Positions 10,075 through 20,040 of a stretch of 64,000 nt of DNA are shown here, piece after piece. Made by a program: the position numbers and the translations under genes. Origin of the DNA: Pseudomonadota bacterium (GTDB taxonomy: Bacteria; Pseudomonadota; Alphaproteobacteria; Micavibrionales; UBA2020). How positions within the stretch are numbered: position 1 is the first letter of the stretch; every line of letters starts with the position of its first letter. Location: contig JAJZFS010000076.1 in the NCBI GenBank assembly GCA_021805245.1, forward strand, positions 11,663-75,662. Reading direction: 5' to 3'. The notes beneath the pieces are model-generated. The model made no database searches. It worked only from the letters and a program-made list of their open reading frames with translations, and had not been told where the DNA came from.

Positions 10075-10919
10075 GCGGACCCATGGACAATCTTTCCAAA
10101 GCCGGAAAGATCGCGGGCAATCTTGGCCTGCTGCTGAAGGCGGAGCGCGTCGCCCACGCCGTGATGAAAGGCATGCACGGCCGCCGCCGCACCGGCACGG
10201 GCGAGACGTTCTGGCAGTTCCGGCCTTGGGCATCGGGCGATGCGCGGCGCGACATCGACTGGCGGCAGTCGGCGAAACGCGACGATGTTTTTATCCGTCA
10301 GACGGAATGGGAAGCGGCGCAAACGGTGTGGCTGTGGCGTGATGGATCCGCTTCTATGGATTTTGGAGTTAAAAAAGAATATGCAGAAACGTTGCTGCTG
10401 GCGCTCGGCATCGTTTTCCTCAATGGCGGCGAACAGGCGGGGCTTCTTGGCACCGGTCTTGCGCCGCAAACGGGCACACCCGCCATCCAGCGTCTTTTTG
10501 AAGCTTTGTCAACGCAAACAGAGCTGGCCGAAAGCGCGCGTCCTGTCGCGGCATTCTCGCATGTCATTCTCATCAGCGATTTTTATTTCCCGCTTGATGC
10601 ATTGCGCGACTTCTGCGCCAGCCTCGCCGCGCGGCATGTGACGGGTACGCTGGTGCAGGTGTTTGATCCCGCGGAAAAAGACCTGCCGTACAAAGGCCGC
10701 GTGCGCTTCGAGGATATCGAGGGGCTGGATATGGACGCGGCGGACATCCCGCAGGTCGAAGCGGTGCGTGCGGCGTATACGCAAAAATTTTCCGCGCATC
10801 AGGCGGCGCTGGGCGAGATGGCGCGGCGTTTCGGCTGGCACTTTGCGGCTTTCTCCACCGGTACGAAACCCGAGGTTTCTTTGACGCAGCTCTGCGGCGT
10901 GCTGGGGACCCATGCTTGA
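10071..10919 (+). CDS. DUF58 (vWA-like) family protein
   Basis: GETFWQFRPWASGDARRDIDWRQSAK signature. The ATG at 10071 overlaps the rsmB-family stop (ATGA). The upstream part of the track ORF is Arg-rich read-through. Confidence 0.8.
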   Translation: MSGPMDNLSKAGKIAGNLGLLLKAERVAHAVMKGMHGRRRTGTGETFWQFRPWASGDARRDIDWRQSAKRDDVFIRQTEWEAAQTVWLWRDGSASMDFGVKKEYAETLLLALGIVFLNGGEQAGLLGTGLAPQTGTPAIQRLFEALSTQTELAESARPVAAFSHVILISDFYFPLDALRDFCASLAARHVTGTLVQVFDPAEKDLPYKGRVRFEDIEGLDMDAADIPQVEAVRAAYTQKFSAHQAALGEMARRFGWHFAAFSTGTKPEVSLTQLCGVLGTHA

Positions 10920-13593
10920 GGGAGCAACGTTTCTGTTTCCGTGGCTGCTCGGCGCGCTGGTCGTGCTGCCGGCGCTGTGGTGGCTGTTGCGCGTCCTGCC
11001 GCCAAGGCCGAAGACGATAAAATTCCCCGCGTTTTTTCTTCTCAAAGACATCGGAACGAAGCGCAAAACGGCGGCGCGCGCGCCGTGGTGGCTTTTGCTG
11101 TTGCGCTGTCTTGTCGCCGCGCTGTTCATTTTCGCGTTTGCCGAGCCGGTGCTGCATCCGGCGGCGCGGCTTTCCGCCGCGAAGCGGGGCGATGTTTTGA
11201 TCGTGTTCGATAACGGCTGGGCGTCTGCCAGCCACTGGCAGGCGCGCATCGCGAAGCTCGATGATATGCTCGCGCAGATCGGGCGCAGCGGCAGACCTGT
11301 CGTCATCATCCCGACCGCGCCGTCAGCGCAAGACGGGCATGTGCACAGCATCGGGCCGATGGAGGCGGAACAGGCGCTGAAATGGGCGGGGCGGCTCGCG
11401 CCGCAGCCGTGGCCGACCGCGCCGGACAAGGCCGCCGCATTGGTCAAAACAGTGCGACCGGTCAGCTATGCGGTTCTCTTCAGCGACGGCGTCACGCCTG
11501 ACGCGCTGGACTCGCGAAATCTGCTGAAAAGCATGAATGCCGTGGTGATGGACGATTACGTCAACACCCCCCTCATTCTCCGGCAGGAGGACAGCACGCA
11601 TTATTCCGTCGAACGGTTGCATGCCGCGAAACACGCGGAAACGGTTACAGTCGCGGCTTATACGACGGCTGGCGATATCGCCGACGAAACAAAGGCCGTT
11701 TTGCCGGCCGGAGACAAAAATATAAGTTTCACGTGGAACATGCTGCCGCAGGTGCGAGGCAAAACGGCGCGTCTTGTGATCAACGGCGCGGACATGGCCT
11801 CCGCCGTCTTTCTCGCCAATACGCAGTGGCGGCAACGGACGGTCGGCATCATCGCGCCGACGGCGGAACAGCAAAACCGCGATTTTCTGAGCGGTGCTTA
11901 TTACATCCGCCGCGCGCTGGAGCCGGAGAGCCAAATGACTGTCGGCCCTCTTGCCAGTCTTCTCAAAAAACATGAAGCCGTGCTGATCTTGCCCGACAGC
12001 GCGGCGCTGACCATGCCGGAAAAAGAAGAGTTGCGGCACTGGGTCGACGGGGGCGGGTTTTTAATCCGCTTCGCAGGCCCGAACCTCGCTGCGCACAGCG
12101 AGGACGATCCGTTGCTGCCGGTCCCGCTGCGCGCGGGCGCGCGGGCGATGGAAGGCGCGATGACGTGGGAGAACCCCGTGCATCTCGGGGCCATTTCCAA
12201 GCAAAGTCCGTTGTATGGTCTGCCGCCGTCGCCGGACACGACGGTCGCGCGGCAGGTATTGGCCGACCCGACGCAGGCGGTCTTCGCGAAAACATGGCTT
12301 CAGCTTGCCGACGGCACGCCGCTTATTACAGGCAGCGCCACGGGCAAAGGCACGCTTGTTCTCGTGCATACGACGGCGGGGCCGACATGGTCGAACTTCT
12401 GCTATTCAGGTTTATATGTCGCGGCTTTGCGGCGGATGGTGAGTTTGAGCAACGGGATTACCGGCTACAAAACGCAAACGGCGCTGCCGCCGTTGTCGTT
12501 GCTGGATGGTTTCGGCCACCTCGCGCCGCCGGACAACAATGCGATTGTCAAGAATATCGCGCCGCATGAAAATTTTTTCCCGACGCCGCAAACGCCGCCT
12601 GGGCTCTACGGCAGTGCACTGGATTTTTCAGCCTTTAATCTTGGCAACGCATTGTCGCATATGCAGCCGCTCGACAATATTCCCTCGGCGGTGACGGTCG
12701 AGTCTTACAATAAAACCGGCGGGCATGATTTGAAGCCTTTGCTGCTCAAATGGGCGATCCTTTTGCTGCTTGCCGACACGCTGGTGACACTGCGTTTGCG
12801 CGGGCTTATGGCGCTGCTGGCTTTTCTGCCGCTGCTGTTTTCCACGCCCGCCGTCGCGGCGCAGCCGCCGCCGGAGAAACTTGTCTCGGGGCTTTATCTT
12901 GCCTATATCAAAACGGGCGATGCCGCCATCGATCATATAAGCCGTGACGGCCTGGAAGGGTTGGGCAGCGAGATCAGCCTGCGCACGGCGGCGCAGGTCG
13001 GCGGCGTGGTCGGGGTCGATCCGGACAAGGACAATCTCGCTTTTTATCCCGTGATCTACTGGCCGATGACGGGCGCCGAGCCGGACCTTGACAAGCGTGC
13101 CGCCGCCAACATTCAGAACTACATCAATCAGGGCGGGTTGATTTTGTTCGACACCAGCGCAGGACAGTTCAACAATGCGCAGTTCGGAGACGACACCGGA
13201 TCGACGCCGGGCTTGCGCGCGCTGCGCCGTCTGACGCGTGACATCGATATTCCTGCGCTGGCACGGATCGGGAAGGACAATATCCTCACCAAAAGTTTTT
13301 ACCTGTTGCAGGATTTCCCGGGGCAATTCGACAGCGGCACGCTCTGGGTCGAAAAAGAACCGAGCCCGCTGCATGACGGCGTGACGTCGGTGGTAATCGG
13401 CGGCAACAATTGGGCGGCGGCATGGTCGCAAGACAACGGCGACCGCGCACGCTATCTCGTTCAGCCGGGCGGCGAGGCACAGCGCGAGATGGCCTACCGC
13501 TTCGGCATTAACCTGATCATGGTCGCGCTCACCGGAAATTATAAGGCGGACCAGGTCCATACGCCTTACATTCTCAAGAGGCTCGGACAATGA
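10912..13593 (+). CDS. membrane protein with a BatA-type N-terminal double-TM domain and a DUF4159-like C-terminus
   Basis: FLFPWLLGALVVLPALWWLLRVLPPRPKTIKFPAFFLLK resembles the aerotolerance-regulator N-terminal domain. The C-terminal region fits the conserved cluster that follows DUF58. Confidence 0.75.
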   Translation: MLEGATFLFPWLLGALVVLPALWWLLRVLPPRPKTIKFPAFFLLKDIGTKRKTAARAPWWLLLLRCLVAALFIFAFAEPVLHPAARLSAAKRGDVLIVFDNGWASASHWQARIAKLDDMLAQIGRSGRPVVIIPTAPSAQDGHVHSIGPMEAEQALKWAGRLAPQPWPTAPDKAAALVKTVRPVSYAVLFSDGVTPDALDSRNLLKSMNAVVMDDYVNTPLILRQEDSTHYSVERLHAAKHAETVTVAAYTTAGDIADETKAVLPAGDKNISFTWNMLPQVRGKTARLVINGADMASAVFLANTQWRQRTVGIIAPTAEQQNRDFLSGAYYIRRALEPESQMTVGPLASLLKKHEAVLILPDSAALTMPEKEELRHWVDGGGFLIRFAGPNLAAHSEDDPLLPVPLRAGARAMEGAMTWENPVHLGAISKQSPLYGLPPSPDTTVARQVLADPTQAVFAKTWLQLADGTPLITGSATGKGTLVLVHTTAGPTWSNFCYSGLYVAALRRMVSLSNGITGYKTQTALPPLSLLDGFGHLAPPDNNAIVKNIAPHENFFPTPQTPPGLYGSALDFSAFNLGNALSHMQPLDNIPSAVTVESYNKTGGHDLKPLLLKWAILLLLADTLVTLRLRGLMALLAFLPLLFSTPAVAAQPPPEKLVSGLYLAYIKTGDAAIDHISRDGLEGLGSEISLRTAAQVGGVVGVDPDKDNLAFYPVIYWPMTGAEPDLDKRAAANIQNYINQGGLILFDTSAGQFNNAQFGDDTGSTPGLRALRRLTRDIDIPALARIGKDNILTKSFYLLQDFPGQFDSGTLWVEKEPSPLHDGVTSVVIGGNNWAAAWSQDNGDRARYLVQPGGEAQREMAYRFGINLIMVALTGNYKADQVHTPYILKRLGQ

Positions 13594-15695
13594 ACGTATC
13601 GTTTCAGTTGTCGCCGCTCCTCTCTTATGCGCTGCTCGCCGCGGTGGCGGGCTTTGCCGTTTTTGTCGCGCTTGCCGCCCGCTGGAAAAAGGTGCCGGAT
13701 TTTTACGCGCGCGCATTGTTCTTCCTGCTCCTCGCGCTGCTGCTGCTTGATCCGTCCGTCGTCCGCGAGGTGCGCAGGCCCTTGCCGGACAAGCTTGTCA
13801 TCGTTGTCGACGACTCGCCCAGCGAAAAGATCGCGGGCCGCGACCAGGCGGCGCAAAAAATCCTCGCGCATATCAAAAGCGAATTGAAATCCATGCCGGA
13901 CGTACAGCCTGTCGTGGTGCATGCGGGGCAGGACCCCGCCAGTCTGCGCAATCAGGACACGGAGCTGTTCTCCGTCTTGCGCGATCGTCTTTCCGACCTG
14001 CCGTTGTCGCGCATTGCGGGCACGGTGTTTATTACCGACGGCGAAGTGGATGACGTTCCGAAAGACATCGGTCCGTGGGAGAAGCTCGCGCCGTTCAGTG
14101 TTGTTTTGACCGGAAAGAAAGACGCGTTCGACAGACGCATTAAAGTTGTTTCCGCGCCGGAATACGGTCTATTGAGCAAGGACGTGACGATCAAGGTCGA
14201 GGTCGAGGATAGCGGCGCGGGGCCCGCGGGGCCTGTCACGCTTGACGCGACGCAGGATGGAAAATCCGTCAGCGCGAAGACGGTCACGGCGGGCGCGGTC
14301 GCGGATTTCACGTTCAAACTCGGTCACGCGGGGCAGAACGTCTTTGAATTCTCCGTGCCGCCGGTCGAGGGCGAACTCACCACGCTGAACAACACCGCCG
14401 CCGTCATCGTCAACGGCGTGCGCGACAGGTTGAAGGTGTTGCTGGTCTCCGGCAGGCCGCATATCGGCGAACGGGCGTGGCGCGACTTGCTGAAATCCGA
14501 TCCGTCGATCGACCTCGTGCACTTCACTATTTTGCGCTCGCCGACGTCTTTCGATCCGACGCCTTCGAACGAGCTGTCGCTGATCGCCTTTCCCGTGGAG
14601 GAATTGTTCGAGAAAAAAATTAAAGACTTCGACCTCATCATCTTCGACGACTACGCGCAATACGGGCTGTTGCTGCCGCAATACTTCAACAATATCGCCG
14701 GGTACGTGCGCGGCGGCGGCGCCTTCCTGATGGAGCTGGGCAGCGACCGGCATGAAGCAGGGTTGTTCAAAACGTCCTTGGATTCCATCCTGCCCGTTGT
14801 GCCGCAGACGCCGCCCGGCGACCTGCTGGAAGGGACTTATGTGCCGCAGCTCACCGACATTGGCAAACGCCACCCGGTCACCGCCGGTTTGCAGATGAAT
14901 AATGTAAATAATGCGGACGCGCAGCCGTGGGGACGGTGGATCACGCAATTGAACGTCACGAAGGCGCGCGGCGAGACTTTGATGACGGGGCTGAACGGCA
15001 GTCCGCTGCTGGTGCTGGATCAGGTCGGCAAAGGGCGCGTGGCGGTCTTGACGTCCGACAATGTATGGATGTGGGCGAAGGGCATTGACGGCGGCGGGCC
15101 TTATATCGGGCTGCTGCGCCGCGTCGCGCACTGGTTGATGAAGGAGCCTTCGCTTGAGGAGGATTACATCAAAGCCGAAACGCACGGCGGCGTCATCACC
15201 GTTTCCGAGCGCGCCCTGACGCTGCCGGCGCTGCCCGTCACGCTCACGCGTCCCGATGGCAAGACGGAAAACATTCCCATGAGCGCCGCAGGCAAAAAAG
15301 GCTGGGTGAGCGCCATCGTGACCGTCAGTGGAAACGGCATTTACCGTTTCAGCAACGGCAAAAAGAACGCTTTCGCCATCGTCGGCACCGGCGTGAGCAA
15401 GGAATTCTCCGACGTTCACACGACAGCGCGCAAACTCGCGCCGCTGGTCGAGAAAACGCATGGCGCGATGATTTGGTACGACGCGCATCCGCGATTCTCG
15501 CTGCGGCGAGTCGGGGCATCAAGGCGCGACTTCGGCGGGGACGACTGGATTGGCGTTAAAGAAAATGATGTTTACGTCGTGAAAAATATCCGCGGCGTTG
15601 AATTGCTTCCTAACTGGCTGTTTTTACTAATTGTTTTCGGATGCCTGCTCGGCGTCTGGGTGCGTGAGAGCGGATTTCCCCCAAAGCGCGTTTGA
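13590..15695 (+). CDS. conserved membrane protein of the DUF58/BatA-type cluster
   Basis: 701-aa ORF whose start overlaps the previous stop by 4 nt. It has N- and C-terminal TM helices. No catalytic motifs recognised. Confidence 0.65.
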   Translation: MNVSFQLSPLLSYALLAAVAGFAVFVALAARWKKVPDFYARALFFLLLALLLLDPSVVREVRRPLPDKLVIVVDDSPSEKIAGRDQAAQKILAHIKSELKSMPDVQPVVVHAGQDPASLRNQDTELFSVLRDRLSDLPLSRIAGTVFITDGEVDDVPKDIGPWEKLAPFSVVLTGKKDAFDRRIKVVSAPEYGLLSKDVTIKVEVEDSGAGPAGPVTLDATQDGKSVSAKTVTAGAVADFTFKLGHAGQNVFEFSVPPVEGELTTLNNTAAVIVNGVRDRLKVLLVSGRPHIGERAWRDLLKSDPSIDLVHFTILRSPTSFDPTPSNELSLIAFPVEELFEKKIKDFDLIIFDDYAQYGLLLPQYFNNIAGYVRGGGAFLMELGSDRHEAGLFKTSLDSILPVVPQTPPGDLLEGTYVPQLTDIGKRHPVTAGLQMNNVNNADAQPWGRWITQLNVTKARGETLMTGLNGSPLLVLDQVGKGRVAVLTSDNVWMWAKGIDGGGPYIGLLRRVAHWLMKEPSLEEDYIKAETHGGVITVSERALTLPALPVTLTRPDGKTENIPMSAAGKKGWVSAIVTVSGNGIYRFSNGKKNAFAIVGTGVSKEFSDVHTTARKLAPLVEKTHGAMIWYDAHPRFSLRRVGASRRDFGGDDWIGVKENDVYVVKNIRGVELLPNWLFLLIVFGCLLGVWVRESGFPPKRV

Positions 15696-15755
15696 CACAT
15701 TTCCGCGCGGCTTTAAAATATCTTTATGGTGGTCATAACGAATGGGGAGGCGCAT

Positions 15756-15878
15756 ATGAGCATGAAAGCGAAGCTGGGACAACCCATCCGCAAGTTTGCG
15801 CCCACGCCCCTGCCGCCGAGAGGGCAACAGCCCGAGCGCCAGCCCATTCCCTTGTCCACCGTGCCGCAAAAGCGCTAG
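15756..15878 (+). CDS. possible small ORF (40 aa, Pro/Gln-rich)
   Basis: GGGGAGG SD 5 nt before the ATG. Translation is MSMKAKLGQPIRKFAPTPLPPRGQQPERQPIPLSTVPQKR. It falls below the ORF-track length cutoff and has no homology evidence. Confidence 0.25.
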   Translation: MSMKAKLGQPIRKFAPTPLPPRGQQPERQPIPLSTVPQKR

Positions 15879-16072
15879 CCTTCTTTTAGTGTTTTCTCTC
15901 TGGTGAGCAGGCCTTTTGCCTGTTGCATGTTTTCGCAGCGGGAGACAGGCGCGCGCATTTTTGGATTTTGCATTGAAATTTGCAGATGGCGGGCCACAAC
16001 ATACTTTATGAATACTGCCGCAACCCATCCTGCGTCTTGACCGCGCCTTGCGGGAACTTTACTTTCGGAGGC

Positions 16073-16210
16073 ATGGATCACAGGCAACCCCGCAACACCA
16101 CGCCGACGAAAAACAAGGCGCAGGACAAGAAACGTGCCGATGCGCTCAGGCAAAACCTGCTGAAACGCAAGCAACAGACCCGCGCGCGCAGCGGCGAAAA
16201 GGAGAAATAA
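16073..16210 (+). CDS. possible small basic protein (45 aa)
   Basis: The ...[23 protein letters not shown]... tail resembles small Lys/Arg-rich proteins seen in alphaproteobacteria. SD spacing is poor and the start is uncertain. Confidence 0.25.
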   Translation: MDHRQPRNTTPTKNKAQDKKRADALRQNLLKRKQQTRARSGEKEK

Positions 16211-16215
16211 AAAAC

Positions 16216-16767
16216 ATGGCTATTATGTCCGACACATGGATACGCGAACAGGCGCAGCACGGCATGATCACGCCGTTCGAGGAACGGATGAAGCGCGAGA
16301 GCATCATTTCCTACGGCCTGTCGTCCTATGGCTATGACTGCCGCGTCTCGGACGAGTTCATGATCTTCACCAACGTCGACAACGCCGTCGTCGATCCGAA
16401 AAACTTCAGCACGGAAAGCTTCGTCACGCGCAAGACGGACGTTTGCATCATTCCGCCCAACAGCTTCGTTCTGGCGCGCACGGTAGAGACGTTCAAAGTG
16501 CCGCGCGACGTACTGGTGATATGCCTTGGCAAAAGCACTTATGCGCGCTGCGGGTTGATCGTCAACGTCACGCCGCTCGAACCGGAATGGCAGGGGCAGG
16601 TGACGCTTGAAATTTCCAACACCACGCCTTTGCCCGCCAAGGTCTACGCTAACGAGGGCATCGCGCAGTTCTTGTTCTTCAAGGGAAGCTCCATTTGCGA
16701 GATTTCCTATGCCGACCGCGCCGGAAAATACATGGACCAAAAGGGGGTCACTTTGCCGCGCATGTAG
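16216..16767 (+). CDS. dcd: dCTP deaminase
   Basis: [12 protein letters not shown]..., [29 protein letters not shown] motifs. The ATG at 16216 is the first plausible start; the upstream part of the track ORF is not conserved-looking. Confidence 0.9.
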   Translation: MAIMSDTWIREQAQHGMITPFEERMKRESIISYGLSSYGYDCRVSDEFMIFTNVDNAVVDPKNFSTESFVTRKTDVCIIPPNSFVLARTVETFKVPRDVLVICLGKSTYARCGLIVNVTPLEPEWQGQVTLEISNTTPLPAKVYANEGIAQFLFFKGSSICEISYADRAGKYMDQKGVTLPRM

Positions 16768-16835
16768 CCTGAAGCGAAGGGCATCATTCCCGATACAGAC
16801 TTGAATTTTCACAATTTGCTTGAGGCAACTTACTG

Positions 16836-18113
16836 ATGGACAAAATTCGCATTATCGGCGGCGGGCCGCTGAACGGAGAGATCGAGATCAGCGGCGCCAA
16901 GAACGCGGCGCTGCCGTTGATGGCGGCGTCGCTGTTAACGGATCAGCCGTTGCAGTTCGACCGCGTTCCCGCCCTGCGCGACGTGTCTTCGTTGATCAAA
17001 ATTCTCGAGGAGCTGGGCGTCGCTTGCGCTTATGATTCGCAGCAAAAGACCTTGAAACTGCATGCGGCCAAACTTTCCGGCTGCGTTGCGCCCTATGACC
17101 TCGTGCGCAAGATGCGGGCCAGCATTCTGGTGCTGGGGCCGCTGGTAGCGCGGCACGGCGAAGCGAAAGTCAGTTTGCCCGGCGGCTGCGCGATCGGCAC
17201 GCGCCCCGTGGACATGCATATCGACGCGCTGCGCGAACTGGGCGCGGAAATCGATCTTGCCGAAGGCTATATCTACGCGCGCGCGCCGCAGGGGCTGACC
17301 GGCGCGGAAATCCATTTCCCCAAATCGTCGGTCGGCGCGACGGAAAACATCATGATGGCGGCGACGCTCGCCAGGGGCACGACCGTTTTGCACAACGCCG
17401 CGCGCGAGCCGGAGATCGTCGATCTCGGCAGTTGCCTTGTGAAGATGGGCGCCGAGATCAAAGGTCTCGGCACCGACAGGATCACCATACGCGGAAAATC
17501 GTTCCTGCGCGGCACGGCGCACGCCGTGATCACCGATCGTATCGAAGCGGGGACGTTCGCGATTGCCGGTGCGATGACCGGCGGCACGCTGACGCTGAAA
17601 AACGCCGAACTCGACCATCTCGGCGCGCTGATCGATCCGCTCTACAAGGCGGGCGTCGATCTGGCGGAGGTTCCCGGCGGCGTGACCGTGCGGCGCGTGA
17701 ACGAGGCTTTGCGCGGCATCGATATCATGACGGAGCCTTACCCCGGCTTTCCGACCGATTTGCAGGCGCAGATGATGTCGATGCTGACCGTCGCCACGGG
17801 CGCGGGCATGGTCACCGAGACGATTTTTGAAAACCGCTTCATGCACGTGCCGGAGCTCATTCGTATGGGCGCGGATATCACCGTTCACGGCTCCTCCGCG
17901 CTGGTGCGCGGCGTTAAAAAGCTCAAAGGCGCAGACGTGATGGCGACGGACTTGCGCGCCTCCGTCTCGCTGGTGCTGGCGGGGCTGGTGGCAGAGGGCG
18001 CGACGCACGTTCACCGCATTTACCACCTCGAGCGCGGGTATGAAAACATCGTCGGCAAGCTGAACGGCGTCGGCGCGAAGCTCGAGAAGCTTAAGGACGA
18101 CAGCGAGGGTTGA
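16836..18113 (+). CDS. murA: UDP-N-acetylglucosamine 1-carboxyvinyltransferase
   Basis: [47 protein letters not shown], and full-length colinearity with MurA. Confidence 0.95.
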   Translation: MDKIRIIGGGPLNGEIEISGAKNAALPLMAASLLTDQPLQFDRVPALRDVSSLIKILEELGVACAYDSQQKTLKLHAAKLSGCVAPYDLVRKMRASILVLGPLVARHGEAKVSLPGGCAIGTRPVDMHIDALRELGAEIDLAEGYIYARAPQGLTGAEIHFPKSSVGATENIMMAATLARGTTVLHNAAREPEIVDLGSCLVKMGAEIKGLGTDRITIRGKSFLRGTAHAVITDRIEAGTFAIAGAMTGGTLTLKNAELDHLGALIDPLYKAGVDLAEVPGGVTVRRVNEALRGIDIMTEPYPGFPTDLQAQMMSMLTVATGAGMVTETIFENRFMHVPELIRMGADITVHGSSALVRGVKKLKGADVMATDLRASVSLVLAGLVAEGATHVHRIYHLERGYENIVGKLNGVGAKLEKLKDDSEG

Positions 18114-18152
18114 GCGCGTCTGCGGCAGAGCGCCGGCCCGCCTTGTTTTCCG

Positions 18153-18440
18153 TTATATCCTGAAATGCCGGTGTTTATGAAGGGGCTTTGCGTCAGACCG
18201 GGGCTGCGGGCCGAATTTGAGCTCGAGGAGCTTGTCGAGGGTCATGTGATTTTCGACGAGCAGTTCGTCCATGGTCTTATATATCTCTCCGCTGGCCAGT
18301 TCGAATTCCATGATCACGCGCGATGTCATCGGCTTGCCATTCAGCGTGGCGGAATCGCAAACGGATTTGTCCGCATCGGGCTTTTTGTCCATCCACGCCC
18401 TGTAGGCGGCTGCGACTTTTTGCTGATCTTCCGGTGACAT
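18153..18440 (-). CDS. small hypothetical protein, tandem paralog 1 of 3
   Basis: 95 aa, begins MSPEDQQK..AYRAWMDKKPDAD, ends ...KHRHFRI. An AGGGAGG SD lies in the 13-nt spacer upstream. Confidence 0.6.
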   Translation of the reverse strand: MSPEDQQKVAAAYRAWMDKKPDADKSVCDSATLNGKPMTSRVIMEFELASGEIYKTMDELLVENHMTLDKLLELKFGPQPRSDAKPLHKHRHFRI

Positions 18441-18453
18441 GCGCTGCCTCCCT

Positions 18454-18723
18454 TTATATTTTAAAATGCCGGCTGGCGGGGGGGCGCGGCTGGCTGATGG
18501 TATCGACGAACTGGTCGAAGGTGATGCCCGGATGTTTTCGCAGATAGTCTTCCACGTTGCTGAAGATCGTGCCGTTGGCGATGCCTTTTTTCAGCGACTT
18601 GCGCGGGGTCATCGGCGTCCCGTCCGCATCGACGATGTCTTCATAAGGGGTGTCGGCGGTGGGGCTGTGCGACAGCATCGCATTGAAGGCTTCTATGACT
18701 CTTTGTTTTTTTGGGGGCGTCAT
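18454..18723 (-). CDS. small hypothetical protein, tandem paralog 2 of 3
   Basis: 89 aa, begins MTPPKKQR..., ends ...SRHFKI. An AAGGAAG SD lies in the 13-nt spacer upstream. Confidence 0.6.
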   Translation of the reverse strand: MTPPKKQRVIEAFNAMLSHSPTADTPYEDIVDADGTPMTPRKSLKKGIANGTIFSNVEDYLRKHPGITFDQFVDTISQPRPPASRHFKI

Positions 18724-18736
18724 GGGCTACTTCCTT

Positions 18737-19063
18737 TTATATTTTGTAATGCCGCTTCCCGTGGGAGACTTTTTTGTTCGGCTGCGGTTGTGCCTTTTGT
18801 TCCGGTTCCGGCTTCGTATTCTCTTGCCGGCCGAAGTTTATTTCGATCAGATCGTCAATGGTGAGGCCGGGGTTCAGCGCGAGGAACATATCCGCCGCTT
18901 CGAACAATTCTCCCGACTTCAGTCCGAATTCGATGAGACTGCGGGGCGTCAGGGGCTCTCCGTCGGGGGTGTAGGCGCCTTCCATAGGAACGTCCGCATC
19001 GGGGCTTTTGTCTATCCAGGCGCGGCAGGCTTTGGAGAATTTTTCTTGGTCTTGTGGTGTCAC
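18737..19063 (-). CDS. small hypothetical protein, tandem paralog 3 of 3
   Basis: The GTG start at 19063 has a GGGAG SD and gives MTPQDQEKFSKACRAWIDKSPDAD, colinear with paralog 1. It ends ...KRHYKI. The track start (19090) is a TTG without an SD. Confidence 0.55.
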   Translation of the reverse strand: MTPQDQEKFSKACRAWIDKSPDADVPMEGAYTPDGEPLTPRSLIEFGLKSGELFEAADMFLALNPGLTIDDLIEINFGRQENTKPEPEQKAQPQPNKKVSHGKRHYKI

Positions 19064-19249
19064 GGGGCGACTCCCTAAGGTATTAAACAATAGGTTTCAT
19101 AATATAGTGGCATATCTGTTATATGTCAATAATTTATCGAAATAGCCTGAATTTACACAGAAGCCCTTGAAAACAAAGTAAGACTGGACAAAGCGCCATA
19201 TGACGCTTAATTTTAAGCCCACTACAACAATTCTGGAATAACAGGAAAT

Positions 19250-19471
19250 ATGTCTGAAAAAGAAGATCTGATGACTTTCGACGGTGTCGTTCAGGAGCTG
19301 CTCCCGAACGCCATGTTCCGCGTCAAGCTCGACAACGACCACATCGTCCTCGCGCACAGCTCCGGCAAGATGCGCAAAAACAGGATCCGCGTGCTGGAAG
19401 GCGACAAGGTGACTGTCGAGATGACGCCTTACGATCTCACCAAGGGCCGCATCATTTTCCGTTATAAATAA
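19250..19471 (+). CDS. infA: translation initiation factor IF-1
   Basis: 73 aa with the typical IF-1 S1 fold sequence: [18 protein letters not shown]...[16 protein letters not shown]. Confidence 0.95.
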   Translation: MSEKEDLMTFDGVVQELLPNAMFRVKLDNDHIVLAHSSGKMRKNRIRVLEGDKVTVEMTPYDLTKGRIIFRYK

Positions 19472-19473
19472 AC

Positions 19474-20040
19474 GTGCTCATCCTCGCGTCAGCATCGCCG
19501 CGCCGCCTTGCACTGCTGAAACAGGCGGGCATCGTGCCTGACAAGACCGTTCCCGCAGATATCGACGAAACACCGCTGCCGCGCGAATTGCCCGCCGCCT
19601 ATGCCGCGCGCATCGCAGGCGCCAAGGCCGAAAAGGTGTTTGCCGCGCATCCGGAGTCTTGCGTTTTGGCCGCCGATACCGTGGTCGCGCGCGGACGGCG
19701 CATCCTGCCCAAGGCGGAAACGGAAGATCAGGCGCGCGCCTGCCTCCGGCTGCTGTCCGGTTGCAGGCATAAGGTTTTGACAGCGGTTGCGATAAAATCC
19801 CCCATTGGCGCGCGGCAGACGCTGGTTACTTCCGTCGTGCGCTTCAAACGTCTGGCGCCAGAGGATATCGACGGCTATATCGCCACCAACGACTGGCAGG
19901 GCAAGGCGGGGGGCTATGCGATACAGGGTGAAGCTGCTATCCTGATTCCGTTCATCAGCGGCTCTTATACGAATATCGTCGGGTTGCCGCTTTATGAAAC
20001 TGTACATCTGCTGCGGGGTCTGAATAATGAGCGCACTTGA
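19474..20040 (+). CDS. maf: Maf-family nucleoside triphosphate pyrophosphatase
   Basis: LILASASPRRLALLKQAGI, D..VV, GKAGGYAIQG motifs. GTG start 2 nt after the infA stop. Confidence 0.85.
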   Translation: MLILASASPRRLALLKQAGIVPDKTVPADIDETPLPRELPAAYAARIAGAKAEKVFAAHPESCVLAADTVVARGRRILPKAETEDQARACLRLLSGCRHKVLTAVAIKSPIGARQTLVTSVVRFKRLAPEDIDGYIATNDWQGKAGGYAIQGEAAILIPFISGSYTNIVGLPLYETVHLLRGLNNERT

